A DNA stretch of 64,000 nucleotides from Nageia nagi (lineage: Eukaryota > Plantae > Pinophyta): assembly GCA_050084985.1 (NCBI GenBank), contig JBITNC010000001.1, positions 211,606,001 to 211,670,000 of the forward strand, written 5' to 3'. The notes beneath the pieces were generated by a model. The model was given only the letters and a program-made list of their open reading frames with translations, was not told the origin of the DNA and did no database searches. Numbering within the stretch: position 1 is the stretch's first letter; each line of letters opens with the position of its first letter. Shown here one piece after another: positions 1 through 14,317 of the stretch. The translations under genes were made by a program, and so were the position numbers.

Positions 1-689
1 CCATAGACTAACAAGATCCTTCAACTTGCTAATCCTCCCAGATTCTACATCTAAGGGTCTTGCTTACCAATACGTTAAGACTTCTATCATTTAGATGATA
101 TGAGAATAATATCAAATATTTGTATATCTAGCAATGATGCTCTAAGTGTTAATATAGCTTTCCTAGATTTAGATCTCACCTCAATGTCATCATTCATTCC
201 TCTTAAGCCCTAACATTGGTACCTAAGAGTCATTCTAGGTCCAACGTAGGTATCTAGGCCTCCCTCATGCTCCACATAGGTCCAAGAATACATGTGTGGA
301 TCTAAGAGGCATGCATGGTCATCTAGGAGGGGAACATGGGTGTTATGGGCCAACATGGGGGTCTAGAAGTCTCCCCAAGGTTGGTGCATGTTTACAAGTG
401 CTCCTTATCTCAACGTTGGGACTATTAAGTGCTCATCCATCTGCAAAGTGCTAAATAGACCTTGGGATTCTCACAATCATGTATTGGGATCTCCAAGTAC
501 ATTAAAACACTCGAATCTACACTTGGGAGGGATACGTACCACTTGGGGCTCACAGTGGGGTCCAATGACCCATTAAGTATTCTATCCTAATTACTAAATT
601 AAAAGCATGATTAAATAATTAAATATAATATAAAGGTGGAATCCATTGGATTCCATAATTAAGTACAATAATGCAAGGGGAATGTCACA
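1..689 (-). mobile_element. Gypsy LTR (family A), partial, runs off window start
   Basis: Ends ggggaatgtcaca (reverse complement TGTGACATTCCCC). Shares blocks (cccacttggggctcacagtggggtccaa; ccttgggattc) with the LTR copies at 30926, 55579 and 61826. Confidence 0.85.
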
Positions 690-1801
690 AGCTCACACTA
701 GCAGACTGAAACTCTTAAATGTGTATTCAAAGTATTGCTCCTCCTCACAGAAGGAAAAACATTAATGAGAAACTTAGATTGCTTGATACATTGATTCCAA
801 TAGGTATCTAGGAAATACCCTTATGTGCTTTATTTAGCCTTTAAGTGATTATTCATACTTTTGAAATATTTTAGCATTTTAAGAAATATTTTTGTTTTTA
901 GAACATTTGAATAATTGCTTTTTGAACACTTAGATATTAGAAATTAAGAAAAAATATGAATTAAGCATATCAATGCAATTAACTCATGTTTTAAGAAAAT
1001 GTGTTATTTTTAGATATCTACACTAACCCCTTCATCCTTATAATATTAATAAATAAATAATGTTTTAAATATTAATTAAAAAAATAATTAATATTTGTAG
1101 TATAAGTAAAATATATTATAATAAAATGAAATAAATTTAATTTAAATATATTTTTAAATATTAATAAAATATATTATAATAAAATGAATGAAATTAATTT
1201 TTTGTCCTAATAAACATGCTTGATGTTAAACCCGACATGAGATCTGATGCTATATGCAAATCATGAAAACATCAGATAAAGCCTTGAATTCATGTTCAAA
1301 ACAAAAAAGAGGCTCCCACCTTATTTGTCACTTTCAATCTATAGAGCTCTAATATGAATTTTACGAGGATAAAGGGGACGGGGGAGAGCCATCGGCCTAG
1401 GGGGACAATTTTCTAGACTTCAAATTTAGCTTGGAGATAAAGCCCCCAAACTTGAATTATTTTTTTTAGTTTTTATTTCAAGAGTTGGGGAGGGATGAAT
1501 TTTTGAAAATTCTAAATAGAATTTGGGGATGGATAATTTTCCTAACATACTACTTAGAATTTAGGTCTATATGGATAATGTAAATATAAGCACATGATAA
1601 TAAAATGATTCCAATAAAAACCCTAGCAATGTAAACATAAGAAAGAATAAGGTACTTACTTGGATTCAAATGATGCCCTGACTCAATTTTAGGGTTTCTA
1701 TTATAGACTCCCTAGCTCAATTGAACATTGCAATGCTTTGAGACTCCCTAGATCAATTTATAGGGATTTGGGTTACACCCTAACAATCATGCCCTAAAAT
1801 C

Positions 1802-3480
1802 CTAAGCCTTTCTTTCACATTTTGCATACACATTGATTAGGGCACTCACACCCATAACATTAAATGAAAAACCATTTTCAACTACTCTTTGATGAATGTA
1901 CATACCTTCTTCTAGAGCTCTAATGGTGGCACATGTTGGAAGAATTTTAAAAAAGGTTGTAAAGTCAGGGTTTACACCTGATAATTGCATATGATTAAAA
2001 GTCTCTAAGGCCTTTTCAAAAAACCCATCTTATACATATCTTACAATCATTGCAGTCTAGGAAATAATATTTGCATCATGCATCTTATCATATTTTGCAT
2101 ATATGTATATCAGAGCATTCACAACCAAAATATTCAATGTAAAAACATTTTCAACTACTCTTTGATGGATGTCCATAACTTCCTCTAGATATCCCATAAT
2201 GGTACATGCTGGAAAAGGTTGCAAAGTCAAGTTTTACACCTGATAATTACATCTTCCTAAAAGTATCTAGGTCCTATGGAAAACCCATCATGTGAATACC
2301 ATGCGATCATTGCAGTCTACGAAACTATGTTTGCATCATGCATCTTATCAAACAATTTGTGTTCCTTCTACATGCTACCATATTTTTCACACACACACAC
2401 ACACATATATATATATTAGGGCATTCACTGTAATATTTGATACAAACCCATTTTCATACTCATTAATGGATATCCATACCTTCTTCTATAAGTCCCATGG
2501 TAGCACATAATAGAATAATGTTGCCAAAGGTTGAAGGTTTAAATATGAAAATCGCATATGCTTAAAAATCTTTAGGGCCTTTTAGACAAACCCATTTTGT
2601 ACATATCCTATGATCTTTGCAACCTAGAAAACTATTTTTGAATCATACATATTACATTCCTTAGAACATTCTCCATGTTTGATGGGACTGATTCACATCC
2701 TCAAAATAGTGTCCCTTACAACAATATTGGAGATAAAGTTGTTTACAATATGGTAGTCATTGCATACTCAAAGGTTCTTCACAATTCCAATAATAATTCT
2801 AGGAGGAATCTTTAATAATTGAAACTTAATTACAAACTTTTTGCTATGTATAAACCTTGTTGCAAATCTCCAAGTTTGGTGCATGCTTTGAGGATGTTGG
2901 GAAAGTGAATTGATCTAGTTGGAATACTATTGTTTTTTATTACATTTGGTGACAATGTCAATGCCTTTCCATGAAAACCATTTATTTGGTAAACTAAAAT
3001 TATCATTTTGAATACATGTATATCAAGGATATTATCATAACTGCATGAGAAAGAAACCCACATCTAGTTATTTTTCTATGAATGTACATAACCCATTCTA
3101 AAGATGCAAAGTTGCATATATAGGAAGAACACTTATAAAGGTTATTGAATCTAGTTTAAAATGAGTTAATTGCATTTTTTGAAAACACTTGAGGGTATCC
3201 AAACCATACCTATTATGTGCATATCCTATGATCTCTTGTGTTTGTGGCTATGACATGTCTCTTATAAGAAAAAGATCTACCCTTTTATCAATTTCAATCC
3301 AAATACATCCATTTGTATTCTCAATTCATATATCTTTCATCAATGTCATTACTCTTTAAACATAATCCCAACTAGAAAAAGTTGTAGAGTTTGACTTTAC
3401 ATATTATAATTACATTTGCTTAAAAGTATTGAGATCCTTTTCAAAAACTCCATTGCTTTCATATTCTATGATCACACCCA
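1802..3480 (-). pseudogene. Degenerate PLS-class PPR fragments plus a DYW-domain remnant
   Basis: Minus-strand ORF pieces such as MQLSGVNPDFTTF..ILPTCA..ALEEGMYIHQRVVENGF..SALINVYAKC. A DYW C-terminal remnant lies at about 2660-2830. Many stops and frameshifts. Confidence 0.8.
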
Positions 3481-3499
3481 TATCAGGTTGTATGGGCAT

Positions 3500-5300
3500 A
3501 CTCACATATATTTTTTGTTTGATAATATTGAAGGGGGGTCTAAAAAGGGATAAAAAAGATGACATGATGAAGAAACATAGTCCAACTGCATAAGTATCAA
3601 TATGTGTTAAATTATTAATGTAATATCAATGTATTTTATTTGATGATATTTATTTTATAAGGAAAATAATTTTTTTTTACTTTTTATAGTTACAAGGATT
3701 TAACAAATATTTGGATGAAGGCATGAAGCTTTTTCCCAACGATGCATGAAGGAAAATAATACAAACCATTGGTAGTGTTGATGATGGTGCTAATGATGAT
3801 GACATTATAATAAGGGGTCTAGGCACTTCGATTGGTTAGTTTTTTAATTTGAATTATTAATTTCCAATAAATTTTTAAAATAGTATCATGTTTATTATTT
3901 TATTAATATTGTATTGTGAATTTATATCTTAGTAAAGGTGACATAATCAACATTGAAACTACAATATCAATCAATCAACCTCCATGATACATCACATGCA
4001 GGGGATTGTGAGGAATTTAACTTAAAGTGAAAAATGATGGTAAAGTACTTATGGATGAGGCCAGTAAAAGTTGATGCAATGGAAAATACACCTTTATATA
4101 TAATTTTGCTCTCTAATAGTTTATTAGTATTCGAAATGGTTATTATTTAGGGCACCTATTGGGTGAAGCACTCAGGAACATTGCTTACAAAGAATTTCAA
4201 AAAACATTGGAACTTCCATGGAGAAAACAAAATGAGTAGGGTATGTAAATTTAATTATACTTTATTACTAATATTGTTTTACCTTCAAAAACTTATATTC
4301 CAAAAAATAGAAACTATTTTTTCATTATTATGTATTTGTAGCAAAAAATAGAATACTCCTTCACCTTCAAAGTGATTTTGGTGACAAATGGAGTGCAAAA
4401 TGGATGCTCAATATATGGGAGCGAGCTTTAGGAGTAAAAGGAACAAATACCAAATAGAGATTACCAAAGTTTCACTTGAGCAATATTTCATTGCCAAAAG
4501 AAATTCTAGTATTGACAAGGGCCTATACAAGGCTTTAGCAAGAAGAGTACTTGAAAATGAAGAAAACAAAAATAGGAACACCTTTGAATAATCACCATAA
4601 GAGAAAGCATCACACTCTCACTTCAAATTGTTAAATAAATATAAGTTGCATAGGATAGGAAGTGTAGGTAGACATGAGATTGAAGCCCAATTTGTGAGTA
4701 TAATCACTATATATATATATATATATATATTAAAATGAAAAGTTAAATATTTATACTATTTAATAATTAAATATATATTTAATTATTTTTTTGTAGGTGG
4801 AAAGATAAAATAATCCACCAATAGATTTTGAATTGCAATTTAGTATTTTGGAGGGGTGGGAAAAGTTGTGAAGATTGTTGGATAATGGAGTAAGTAATTC
4901 ATACTATTTTAATTTCCCTAAAGTAGTTTAATATGGATATGCATGAGATTTATAGATTTTAATTTTTTACTAACATTTTTATTCAATTATTTATAGGGAT
5001 GTCGTAGATGATGATATGTGATGGTATTGGTGTTGATAGTGCCTGTGACAGTATTGCTGATGATGATGTCAACCATGATGATGTTGGTGATGATAATGAT
5101 GATGATAATACCAATATGAGGGCCAATTTCCTCATGATGAGGATTCAATATGTAGAGAGAAATAACCCTTGATGCACTTATGATATATTTTTGTATTAAG
5201 GAACTTTTATTGATATTAGATTGTCTTGATGTGTTTGAAATTTAGTGTTTTTAATATATTGAATATGTTTGAGTGTTACTAGGTTACTTGTAATCCCTTT
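3500..5300 (+). mobile_element. Degraded DNA-transposon (CACTA/En-Spm-like) coding remnant
   Basis: Short exon-like purine-rich blocks separated by AT-rich GT..AG intron-like pieces, ending in an Asp-rich (gat)n tract at about 5000-5110. It lies upstream of a CACTA end. Family call is tentative. Confidence 0.4.
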
Positions 5301-5379
5301 TCTAATATTTATTATTATTTGAGTGTTTTATGTTTCCTTTAAGTATTTATTCTTTCATCTTTGAGATCATTGCACCTCC

Positions 5380-8030
5380 TCCTCTAGGTCTACATTCTAC
5401 AACTATACAAGATTTCTAAAATAATAGTTCAATACCATGACTCCTTAGTGTTAAAAAAATAAGGTTGTTAAAAAAATCTCAACAACATACATAGGTAGTT
5501 ATGTCTAGTTAAAAATATGATGTCCCTCACAACAATATCCCTTGCAATAATATTAGAGATAAACATAGTTGTAGTATTGAAGTCATCACATACTAAAAGG
5601 TTGTTCATAACTCTACTAATGGTTTAGGGGGGTCGTTAATAATCTAATCATAATTGCCAACTTTTCTCTATGCTGGCAGAGAAGTAATTTTGACAAAGGT
5701 TGAAGAGTCTAGTTTTATACCTAAAAATTATATTTGCCTAAAATTCTTTAGGGTCTTTTTAAAAAGCCCATCTTGTGCATATCCTATGATCATTTCATTC
5801 CACAAAATTGTGTTTTCATCATGCATCTCGTTAAACAAATCACATGCCTTATCTATGCTTCCATATTTTGCATACATGTATATTAAGGCATTCACAATAA
5901 TATCATTCTATGGAAAATAATTTTTAATTACTCTTTTATGAATCTCCATACTTTCTTCTAGAGCTCCGATGATGGTACATGCCAAAAGAATACTGATAAA
6001 GGTTGTACAGTTAGGTTTTACACTTAATAATTGCATCTTCCTAAAGGTCTCTAAGGCCTTTTTAGAAAACCCATCTTGTGCATATATTCTTACATTACTT
6101 TGCATCATAAATAATCTCTGTAAGAACATTCTCCATGTTTGAAATGATGGAATATGTTTGCATCCCTCACAATAATGTCCCTTGCAACACTATTAGATAT
6201 AAACTTGGTTGTAGTAATGGCAATCATTGCATACTTGAAGGTTCTTCATAACATCAAAGGGAGTCTTTAACAACCCAAACACAATTGATATCTTTTTGCT
6301 ATGCTAGCAAAGAAGCAATTCTTTATCATCAACCTCCACATCAATTGCCTTCATCTCACTCAATAATTTCTCCAATTTTCCATAGATCTCTTTATGTTTG
6401 TAGTTATGATTTGTCTCTTACAAGAAACACATGTACCCTTTTCTCAACTTTAGTCCAAATAAATCTAGGTGTCTTCTTGATTCCTCTATCTTTAATCAAT
6501 GTCTTTACTCTTTAAACATCATCCTAGCTATCCACTTTAGCATAAATATTTAAAAGAATATAGGATGGAGCATATTTAGGCTCCAACAAAAAAAGCTTGT
6601 TGCCACAAATTCCCATGTTCTTACATTCTTATGTGATCTACAAGCACCAAGTAGACACATCCACACATCCAACTCAAGTCTTATGGGCATCTTCATAATG
6701 AAGTTTAAAGCTCCTTCAAGATAGCATGCACAATCAAGAATGCATGTATAATGATTCATATCAAGAATAATGCAATAAGCGTCACTTTTATTATCCACAA
6801 GACCTACATGGATGCATGCAAGTAGAATATATACAAAGGTCATGTTGTTAGAGTTGGTTCCAAGTGCTTCATCTAATCAAAAGAGTTAAAAGGCATCCTT
6901 TTTGTAGTTACGAATTGCATATCCTCAATCATTGCACTCCATGAAACTTTGTTTGCATCATTCATATTGTCAACAAATTCTTGGGCCTTGTATATTCTTC
7001 CACATTTTGCATACATGTCTATCAAGGCAATCACAAGTATTCTCCATCTTTGAAATGATGGAATTTATTCACATCCCTCACAATAATATCCCTTGCAATA
7101 ATATTAAAGATAAACTTGGTTATAATATGGCAGTCATTGCATACTCAAAGGTTCTTCACAACTCTAATTTTAGGGGGAGTCCTTAACAACCTGAACACAA
7201 TTGAAAACTTTTCTCTATGTTGGAAGAGAAGTAATTATTTATCATCAACCTCCACATCATGCAACATGTATTGCATTTAGAATATACCCTGTTTCCTTTA
7301 TCGTTTTTGATAATTTCTCTAATTTTCCATATATCTCTTATGTTTGTGGTTGTGATCTATCTCCTACAAGAAAAACATGTACCCTTTTGTCAACTTCAGC
7401 TAAACTACATCTAGGTGTCTTCTTGATTTCTCTATCTTTCACCTTGTCCTTACTCTTTGAACATCACCCCAGCTACCCACTTTGGTATAAATAGTTGAAA
7501 TAAGAACATAATATGGAGCATATTTAAGCTCTAACAAAAAAGGCTTATTGCCATAAACTTACTTGTTCCTACGTTCTTATGTGATTTACAAGCACCAAGC
7601 AGACATATCCATACATCCAACTCAAGTCTTATGTGCATACTAATAATAAAGTTCAAAGCTCCTTCAAGATAACCTGCATGACCAAGATGATCAAGAATGC
7701 ATGTATAATGATTCATCTCATGAATAATGCAATAAGAGTCACTCTTGCTATTAAAGTATTTACAACCCTCACCCATAAGACCTACATGGCTGCATGCAAG
7801 TATAACACATACAAAGGTTATAATGTTAGAGTTGGTTCCAAGTGCTTCATTTGATTAAAGAGTTAAAGGGCATCCTTATTGTAGTTATGAACTACATATC
7901 CTTAATCATTGCATTCCATGAAACTCTATTTGCATAATTCATGTTGTTAAACAATTCTTAGGCCTTGCGTATTCTTCTATATTTTGCATATATGTCTATC
8001 AAGACATTCAATACCATAACATTCTTGAAA
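5380..8030 (-). pseudogene. Tandem PPR-E/E+/DYW pseudogene fragments
   Basis: E-domain (DVWMCLLGACRSHKNV at 6550-6843; DVWICLLGACKSHKNV at 7531-7776) and E+ remnants. DYW tail reads [12 protein letters not shown]...RDIIVRDANIFHHFKHGECSYRDY at about 6110-6255, with further copies at about 5520-5650 and 7040-7200. Blocks ~6130-7030 and ~7040-8000 are direct duplicates. Confidence 0.85.
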
Positions 8031-8289
8031 ATAATATAATAAATAAATAAATGCATAATTTTATAATAAATTAATTAATTAATAAAAAATAATAATTAAG
8101 TAAATAAATAATAAATAAATTATTTATTTTAGAAAAAAATGATGCTAACTTCGATGTTATTCCTGACTCTAAATCTGACCCTAATTCTAATGTAAAATTC
8201 AACAAAGAAGCACCTTGAAAAGGTCTTCGATCGCATCCTAAAATGATGTAATTACGATGATATATGTAATGCCACATGTCGTAATAGTC

Positions 8290-8830
8290 GATGCAAAATA
8301 TGATGCAAAAAACCTCTAACTACGATGTTATTCGTAACATAAAATGTCTTAAAGGCTGATGTCATGGCTGGTAGAAAACACCTCTATATATGATACTACG
8401 ACAACGTAATATGTTGTAATTATCGAATCTATTCAAAACATCAAATGACACTATGGTCAATTCAAAAAGCAACACCAAACATCTCTAAGTGTGATGCCAT
8501 GCCTAATGTTAAATATCATAAGCAACAATGTAAAAAGTGACTCCACACACCTCTATGAATGATGCTATATATAATGCAACATGATGCAAGCTCTAATGCA
8601 AAAGATGATGTCAAACACCTCTAAGTGTGACACTATACCCAACGTAACATATTGCAAAGAATGAATCAAAATATGACTCTAAACAACTCTAAAAATGATG
8701 TTATCTCTAATGCAATAACTAATGTCAAACACCTCTATTTTTGATGTTGTACCTCACGGAACATACCGCAAGAGCTGATGTGAAAACTGACATGAAAAAC
8801 CTCTATCCCTAATGTGAAATGATACTATTT
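8290..8830. repeat. ~68-bp degenerate tandem (subterminal) repeat array
   Basis: Motif aaa(c/a)acctcta at about 8311, 8379, 8480, 8548, 8616, 8684, 8730 and 8798, mostly 68 bp apart. Confidence 0.8.
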
Positions 8831-8959
8831 ATGAATTTAAGATTAACATGCACTTCAATGCTATATCTGATGTGTCATTTAACATCAATGATAATGTTGT
8901 CCCATGAGCAAAAAATAAATAAAAAATGGGGAAATGACACTTGCCTCGATGCTAAATCC

Positions 8960-8975
8960 TTTTATTATAGTAGTG
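8960..8975 (+). mobile_element. CACTA-type right terminal inverted repeat
   Basis: ttttattatagtagtg (reverse complement CACTACTATAATAAAA) just after the subterminal repeat array. Confidence 0.65.
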
Positions 8976-11019
8976 AATGACTTTATCTTTTGAATCTTAT
9001 CCTTGCATGCATAGCAATGATTCTAAATTAGTTATAAAATGTGTGTATTAGGGGTTGTACGAGGATTGGGTACCATTATGGCTACCCCATCGATCCTATT
9101 TTTCTCCCCCATTGTTCATGCATGTGATAACCTTTCAATGTGATTAGATGGATCCATAATTACCTTTTCACATAAGTTGTGTCCTTCTATGAGTTTCTTC
9201 TTCATCCTCTCTATTGCCCTTAGAATCATGATGCATATTTAGAATGTAATTCAACTTTAATACAAATTAGGGTTTTTGAAATATGCAAAAGTATAACTTA
9301 CCAATTTTGCAAAAAAAAAAAAAGTTCGATTCACCAAAATGTAAATCGAGGAAAATGAATTATAATTAAATATAAAATAAATTTAATGTTTATGGGTTGC
9401 CAAGGTAACTAAGCATTCACAAACAACATAATTAATATATTAGGGCACAACACCATTTAAGATTTATTAAGTATAAATGAATAACAAGAATAAAGTAAGT
9501 GCACCTCTTTGATAATAATCCTCAAATGATGTATCTTTGTTGAAATATTGATTGGATCATATCATTGACAAATGAAGGTTAGATATAAAACGTATAGGCC
9601 TTCAAGATGTCACACGTCAAATTGTATGCCCAATCAATTTAAAAATAACACCTATATCATTCTTGCCACATGTCTATAGCACTTGCATCATTATTTTTGA
9701 AGAATTAATCAAAAGGTAAAGAACAAAATATGATCAATAAGAAGAGGGTGTAACAGATCCAAGTCAATAAGTGGTAATGATAATCACTGAAAGAGATTTT
9801 ATGTGATATCTCAATGTTGACCTATTAAGACTTGATGAGGATACGATAGGAAATATATGCTTTGGTCCTCCTTTTATACCTTACAAAATAAGAAAAGAGA
9901 GATGTGAACTGATATTTCATAATAATAAGATACTAACGATAATCTCAAGATAATTCTAAATACAATCATGATTAATAATGATTAGCCTTAATTAACACAT
10001 GAATAACAAATGATTAAAATAATTATCTTTAATATTCTAAATATTTATTTAAATAACACATCTGTTAAATACTATAAATATAATTTTTAAATAAATAAAA
10101 ATCATTTTAAGTTATCTATAATGAGATCTATCAAGGTTTGATAATTATCTCATAGTCATATGTCTTCTTTATATAGTCAAGCTTCTTTCTCGGTCAAGTT
10201 GTTTCACTTAACACTCTTTGAACCTTGCACCACAAAAGAAAAAACTGTATAACACAACGAAACAAAGTCAAAATGAATGATAAATCTTAAAAGCGATGTC
10301 TATAATATAATAACAATAATAATAGTAATAATTAATCTCTTTTTCTAGATACCTAAAATATGATTTTTAACTAAATAAAAATGAAATTTAAACATCTAAA
10401 ATAGTTAGATAATTTTGAGGTGAAATTATTAAATAGATCAATGATTAAAAATAAATTTTTAGTCTCCAAAGGGATATCATGGTGGTAAAGTGGTTAAATT
10501 TGGTGGGAGAAGATCAGAAGTACGAATCCCCCTAATGATACCTATGTGATGTTGTAACTAATTTGTGGGACCCGATTAAAAAACCCTTATGATTAATCGC
10601 TAAGAAAATAAAATAAAATAAAATTTTAAAAAATATATTGAATACATACTATAGATGCTTTTGAAAAACTTCAAACTTATTATATTCAAAAACAATCTTC
10701 ATAATTTTTATTTTGAAAAGTTTATCTTTAAATTAATAATTTTTATATAAAAATAAACATTTCTTAATGATTTTTTTCTACAATTCATATATATTTTAAT
10801 AAACTAATTTCATTATCGTAGAATAACAAAACAAAGCATTAATCGTGTAACCATTTGATAAGTAAAAATTATTTGGCATTGAATGCCAATGCAAAATATA
10901 TACAATTCCATGAATGATAAACATATGTACATGACTTGGATTCCACCAGATTCGAAAGGGTTGAAATCTATTTCCATTTTCGAGATTTCTATTACTTTAG
11001 TCAGGCCAAACTAAATGCC

Positions 11020-11127
11020 ATGGAGGGAACGGGAGTTGGAAGAGCAAGAGGAAGGGGAGGAGGTGCTGCTGCTTCTTCTTTCGCAACGAGAATGGCAGTT
11101 CAAGACCTATTCAATCTATATCTTGGG
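11020..11127 (+). CDS. MED23: Mediator of RNA polymerase II transcription subunit 23, exon 1
   Basis: ATG at 11020; ...AVQDLFNLYLG matches the plant MED23 N-terminus (DLFNLYLG); donor GTTAGT at 11128. Confidence 0.9.
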
Positions 11128-11201
11128 GTTAGTATGCTATAATTATATTTTGGTCTTTTCAACAAAATAACAACTATTGCTAAGTTATTTATGGCATACA
11201 G

Positions 11202-11245
11202 AGGAATTCTGGCACCAAATCGGAAGAGTCTGCTAAGGAAACACC
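11202..11245 (+). CDS. MED23: MED23 exon 2
   Basis: cag|AGG AAT TCT...: RNSGTKSEESAKETP; donor GTAAGT at 11246; phase is compatible with exon 3. Confidence 0.85.
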
Positions 11246-12639
11246 GTAAGTTGTCAAAATTACTTATAATAGATTCATTTTATTACAGTAGCTGTAGCTG
11301 TAGCTGTAGTCTGTTTCCAGAAATCTGAATTATTTACATGTGAACTGGTGATGTTTTGTGTGTACGGGATCTCCTCATAGACGTGACTTCAATGATACTG
11401 ATTTCCAGTTCTGGTGATTTGGCTTGAATTCTCTCACACCCTTTAACATGGGCTTCTGAGTTATATATTGAAATTTACAGTTGTGATTAGACTTTAAGTT
11501 TACAACAATAAACTACTAAATCAAGCGTTAACCATCCTGGAAGGAATCCCTAACGTACGCTGATTTAGTGGGGACACTATTACTCTCAATATAGATAACC
11601 TCGAACAAGTTGTACTTCCAAATGCATCTTATATTACCAAAGAATACCATTTTTGCATCAGAATAATGACTTTTAATATAAATCGGCGTGCGTGCACTCT
11701 TGGCCATATATATGTGATTGCCACCTGGTTTCCAACCTTGTTGAAATAGGACATGTAATACTATAATGACGACTAGGACTAGCTTCGTCTGATTATTTTG
11801 GGATTTACCATAAATATTTAGCCCATCGGTGATGAGTGACTACGTAAGCTAATAATCAGTTTACATATGATTATATTAAAAGAGGAAAGAGGTTGAAGAA
11901 GGAAACAAAGATCTAAGATTCAATGTCATGCTGGTTGAGATAAAAGGTAATTGAAATTCAAGATCATGCATTAAGAATGGAGTCTTTCTTAGGAACAAGG
12001 ATGTGTTGATCTCTGGTATTGGATTACAAAAATTGCCAATATCCAATATTGTTAACAAGCAGAGAACATAGCAATCCTAATACCCATGTTAATTGTGGGT
12101 GCGGAGTAATTACTTATTACAAAATAATCTTTCAATTATAGTCGCGTTGATATAGATACTAGTCATATTTGAGGGCCAAGTACTGTGACATGCCCATGGT
12201 GGAAACTCTTCAATCTACCATGTGTTCTCATTAGAGGTCTACTTCTAGCGAATCCTCTAGCCTATGTACATAGTTAATATATAATCATTGGTTGCAAATT
12301 TGATTCAGTTACATAAATAGAAGTACAATTAATAATGCTTTTAGATGCATGGCAAGCCATCACAACTAGTGTTATATTTTGATGGAGACAATTGGTGCAA
12401 AATCCATCAACTACACATTCAAGTACCACCTTTGCTAATTGTCCACCCGTTGTCATGTTTGGGTTGCCCTATTATCATTTTAAATTACTTCTTAGGACTG
12501 CAAATCGTTTACTCGAATGACATTTTAAGCTCAAAAAAGAAAAAAGAGGGTTAAGAGAAAGGACTAGTTTAGAGAGAAAGAATGGAGCTTGTCATTGTCC
12601 ATATATGACCCAGGTTGGTTAAATGGGCTTGAAAGTAAA

Positions 12640-14085
12640 TATAACATCCCTTTTTGCAAAAAATAATTAATTTTGGTGTTCTAAGGATTCTTTTTTTGTA
12701 AATATTTATTTTCTCACACAATTGTTGTTAATTCCTTGGGATAGAATTATGAAGGTCCTTTGGACCCACTTGTGAGCTCCATGAGGGATGTTTTTCTCCC
12801 AAGCTAGGATGTATTATTTTATTTATCATTTAATGCACTTGGAGATCCCAAAGATGATTATGGGAATCCCAAGATTTGTATGGCACCTAGAACATAGATA
12901 AACACCTATTTGCCTCAACGTTGGATTTGGGAGCACTTGTACACATGCGCCAGCCTTGGGGAGACTCCTAGACCCCCACGTTGGCTCATGATGACCCCCT
13001 TGCACCCACGCATGACTCCTAGACCCACGTGGCACCTTGGACTCCCACATGGGCATGCATGGCACCCTAGACACTCACGTTGGCATGCGTGGCACCTTAG
13101 ACACCCACGTTGACATGTGAGGCACTTTGGACTCACACGTTGAGCATTAATACCCTTGGGTACCCATGTTGGGCATGCTTGACCCCTAGGCACCTACGTT
13201 GGAGATCTTGGGCCTCCAAAAGGCTAACGTTGAGGTTTGGAGAGGTTGGGGATGACTCCTAGGTGAGATACAGATCCAGTGATGAGATATATAAGGCTGA
13301 GGAGCCTCATATTTGAGATAGAATGAATTTTATATTGAAACCCTTCTCTTTGGAGTTACCCAAGACTTGGCGGTGTCAAGCACCCTTGAGCATAGCTTAC
13401 AAGTAGAGTTCAAGAGGCATAAAACACCTTTTGTCTTACAGGTGAGGTGTTTGTTCGTGCGCGTGAGGCTGCCCTACCTTGAGGCATCCACAAGCGGTTT
13501 GCATTTTTGAATCCATCTGGTGGCATTCAGAAACCACATCCATTCTCTTTGTCAAGAGCTAATATGTGAGAGAGCCCTTTGGTGAGGCATCTACATAACT
13601 GGTAGGAGGTGGTTGTTCTACCACAGTTAAATGATCTATCTTAGCATTTCATGTGCCCTAGTTGGATCCTTGGAGGTCAATGTTGAGCCCTTTGGGCCTA
13701 GTATTGTATCATTCTTTGCATTTATCAATAATACAGTTGTCGCACTTTGAATCTCATTGATTGTCTCATGTTGTTGTGTGTTTGACATATTTATGCTTCC
13801 TTGTATACAACGTTGGGCAATTCAGATGTATTCATGCTTGTATATTGAGTCATTGGCATTCTTGGGCTATTATTGATGCATTGTGCTTAATTAGAGCATT
13901 CTTGGTTGTGATGTTGACTCAGAGAAGTGATATCTTGCTTGTAAGGCACATCGTTGGTATTTCTGGCTCACTCTTTGACTTAATTGATGCCCTAGATCAG
14001 ACGTGGCATGCTTGAGGGTTAATTTTGATAGTTTGAATTGTTTATTTGGCTAATATTTGCTTGAGAATTTTTTGGGGATATTACA
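12640..14085 (+). mobile_element. Solo LTR (family A) with TSD GTAAA
   Basis: tataacatccc...gggatattaca flanked by GTAAA at 12635-12639 and 14086-14090; internal cacgt(t/g)gg repeats. Confidence 0.9.
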
Positions 14086-14317
14086 GTAAATCCATGTAAT
14101 ATTCCAAAATTAAGGCGTTCCATTTCTATGTACCAAATTAAGTGGGATGCTCCTCTTCATTGTACTTTTCTAGCAATCAAGGATATTTTATTTTGTTTTG
14201 TAAAAAGTCTAGTTTTGGAGGGACGCACAACATTATATTTTCACCCTATGAAGTTGGATGCTTCATTCTTGGGTGCAAAAATGAGAAATTGAGCACTTAA
14301 AGGGTGGATGTCACACT

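Noticed and set aside
1021-1030. CACTA as the left TIR of the element ending at 8975
   Set aside because: Only 5 bp match and the flanking 3-mers differ (CTA versus AAT), so there is no TSD.
10478-10540. tRNA gene upstream of MED23
   Set aside because: Only weak A/B-box resemblance and no cloverleaf can be drawn; at most a decayed SINE-like piece.
10936-11019. Upstream extension of the MED23 ORF
   Set aside because: It starts at TTG (a non-ATG start from the ORF caller); the ATG at 11020 in a gccATGG context is the plausible start.
11287-11310. (GTAGCT)n and other microsatellites (about 2387-2416, 4709-4729)
   Set aside because: Ordinary short simple repeats with no further evidence of function.
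12826-13193. Cys/His-rich repeat ORFs (GCLRCHACQRECLGCHAC)
   Set aside because: These are translations of the LTR U3 tandem repeats and the frame is not conserved in other LTR copies.
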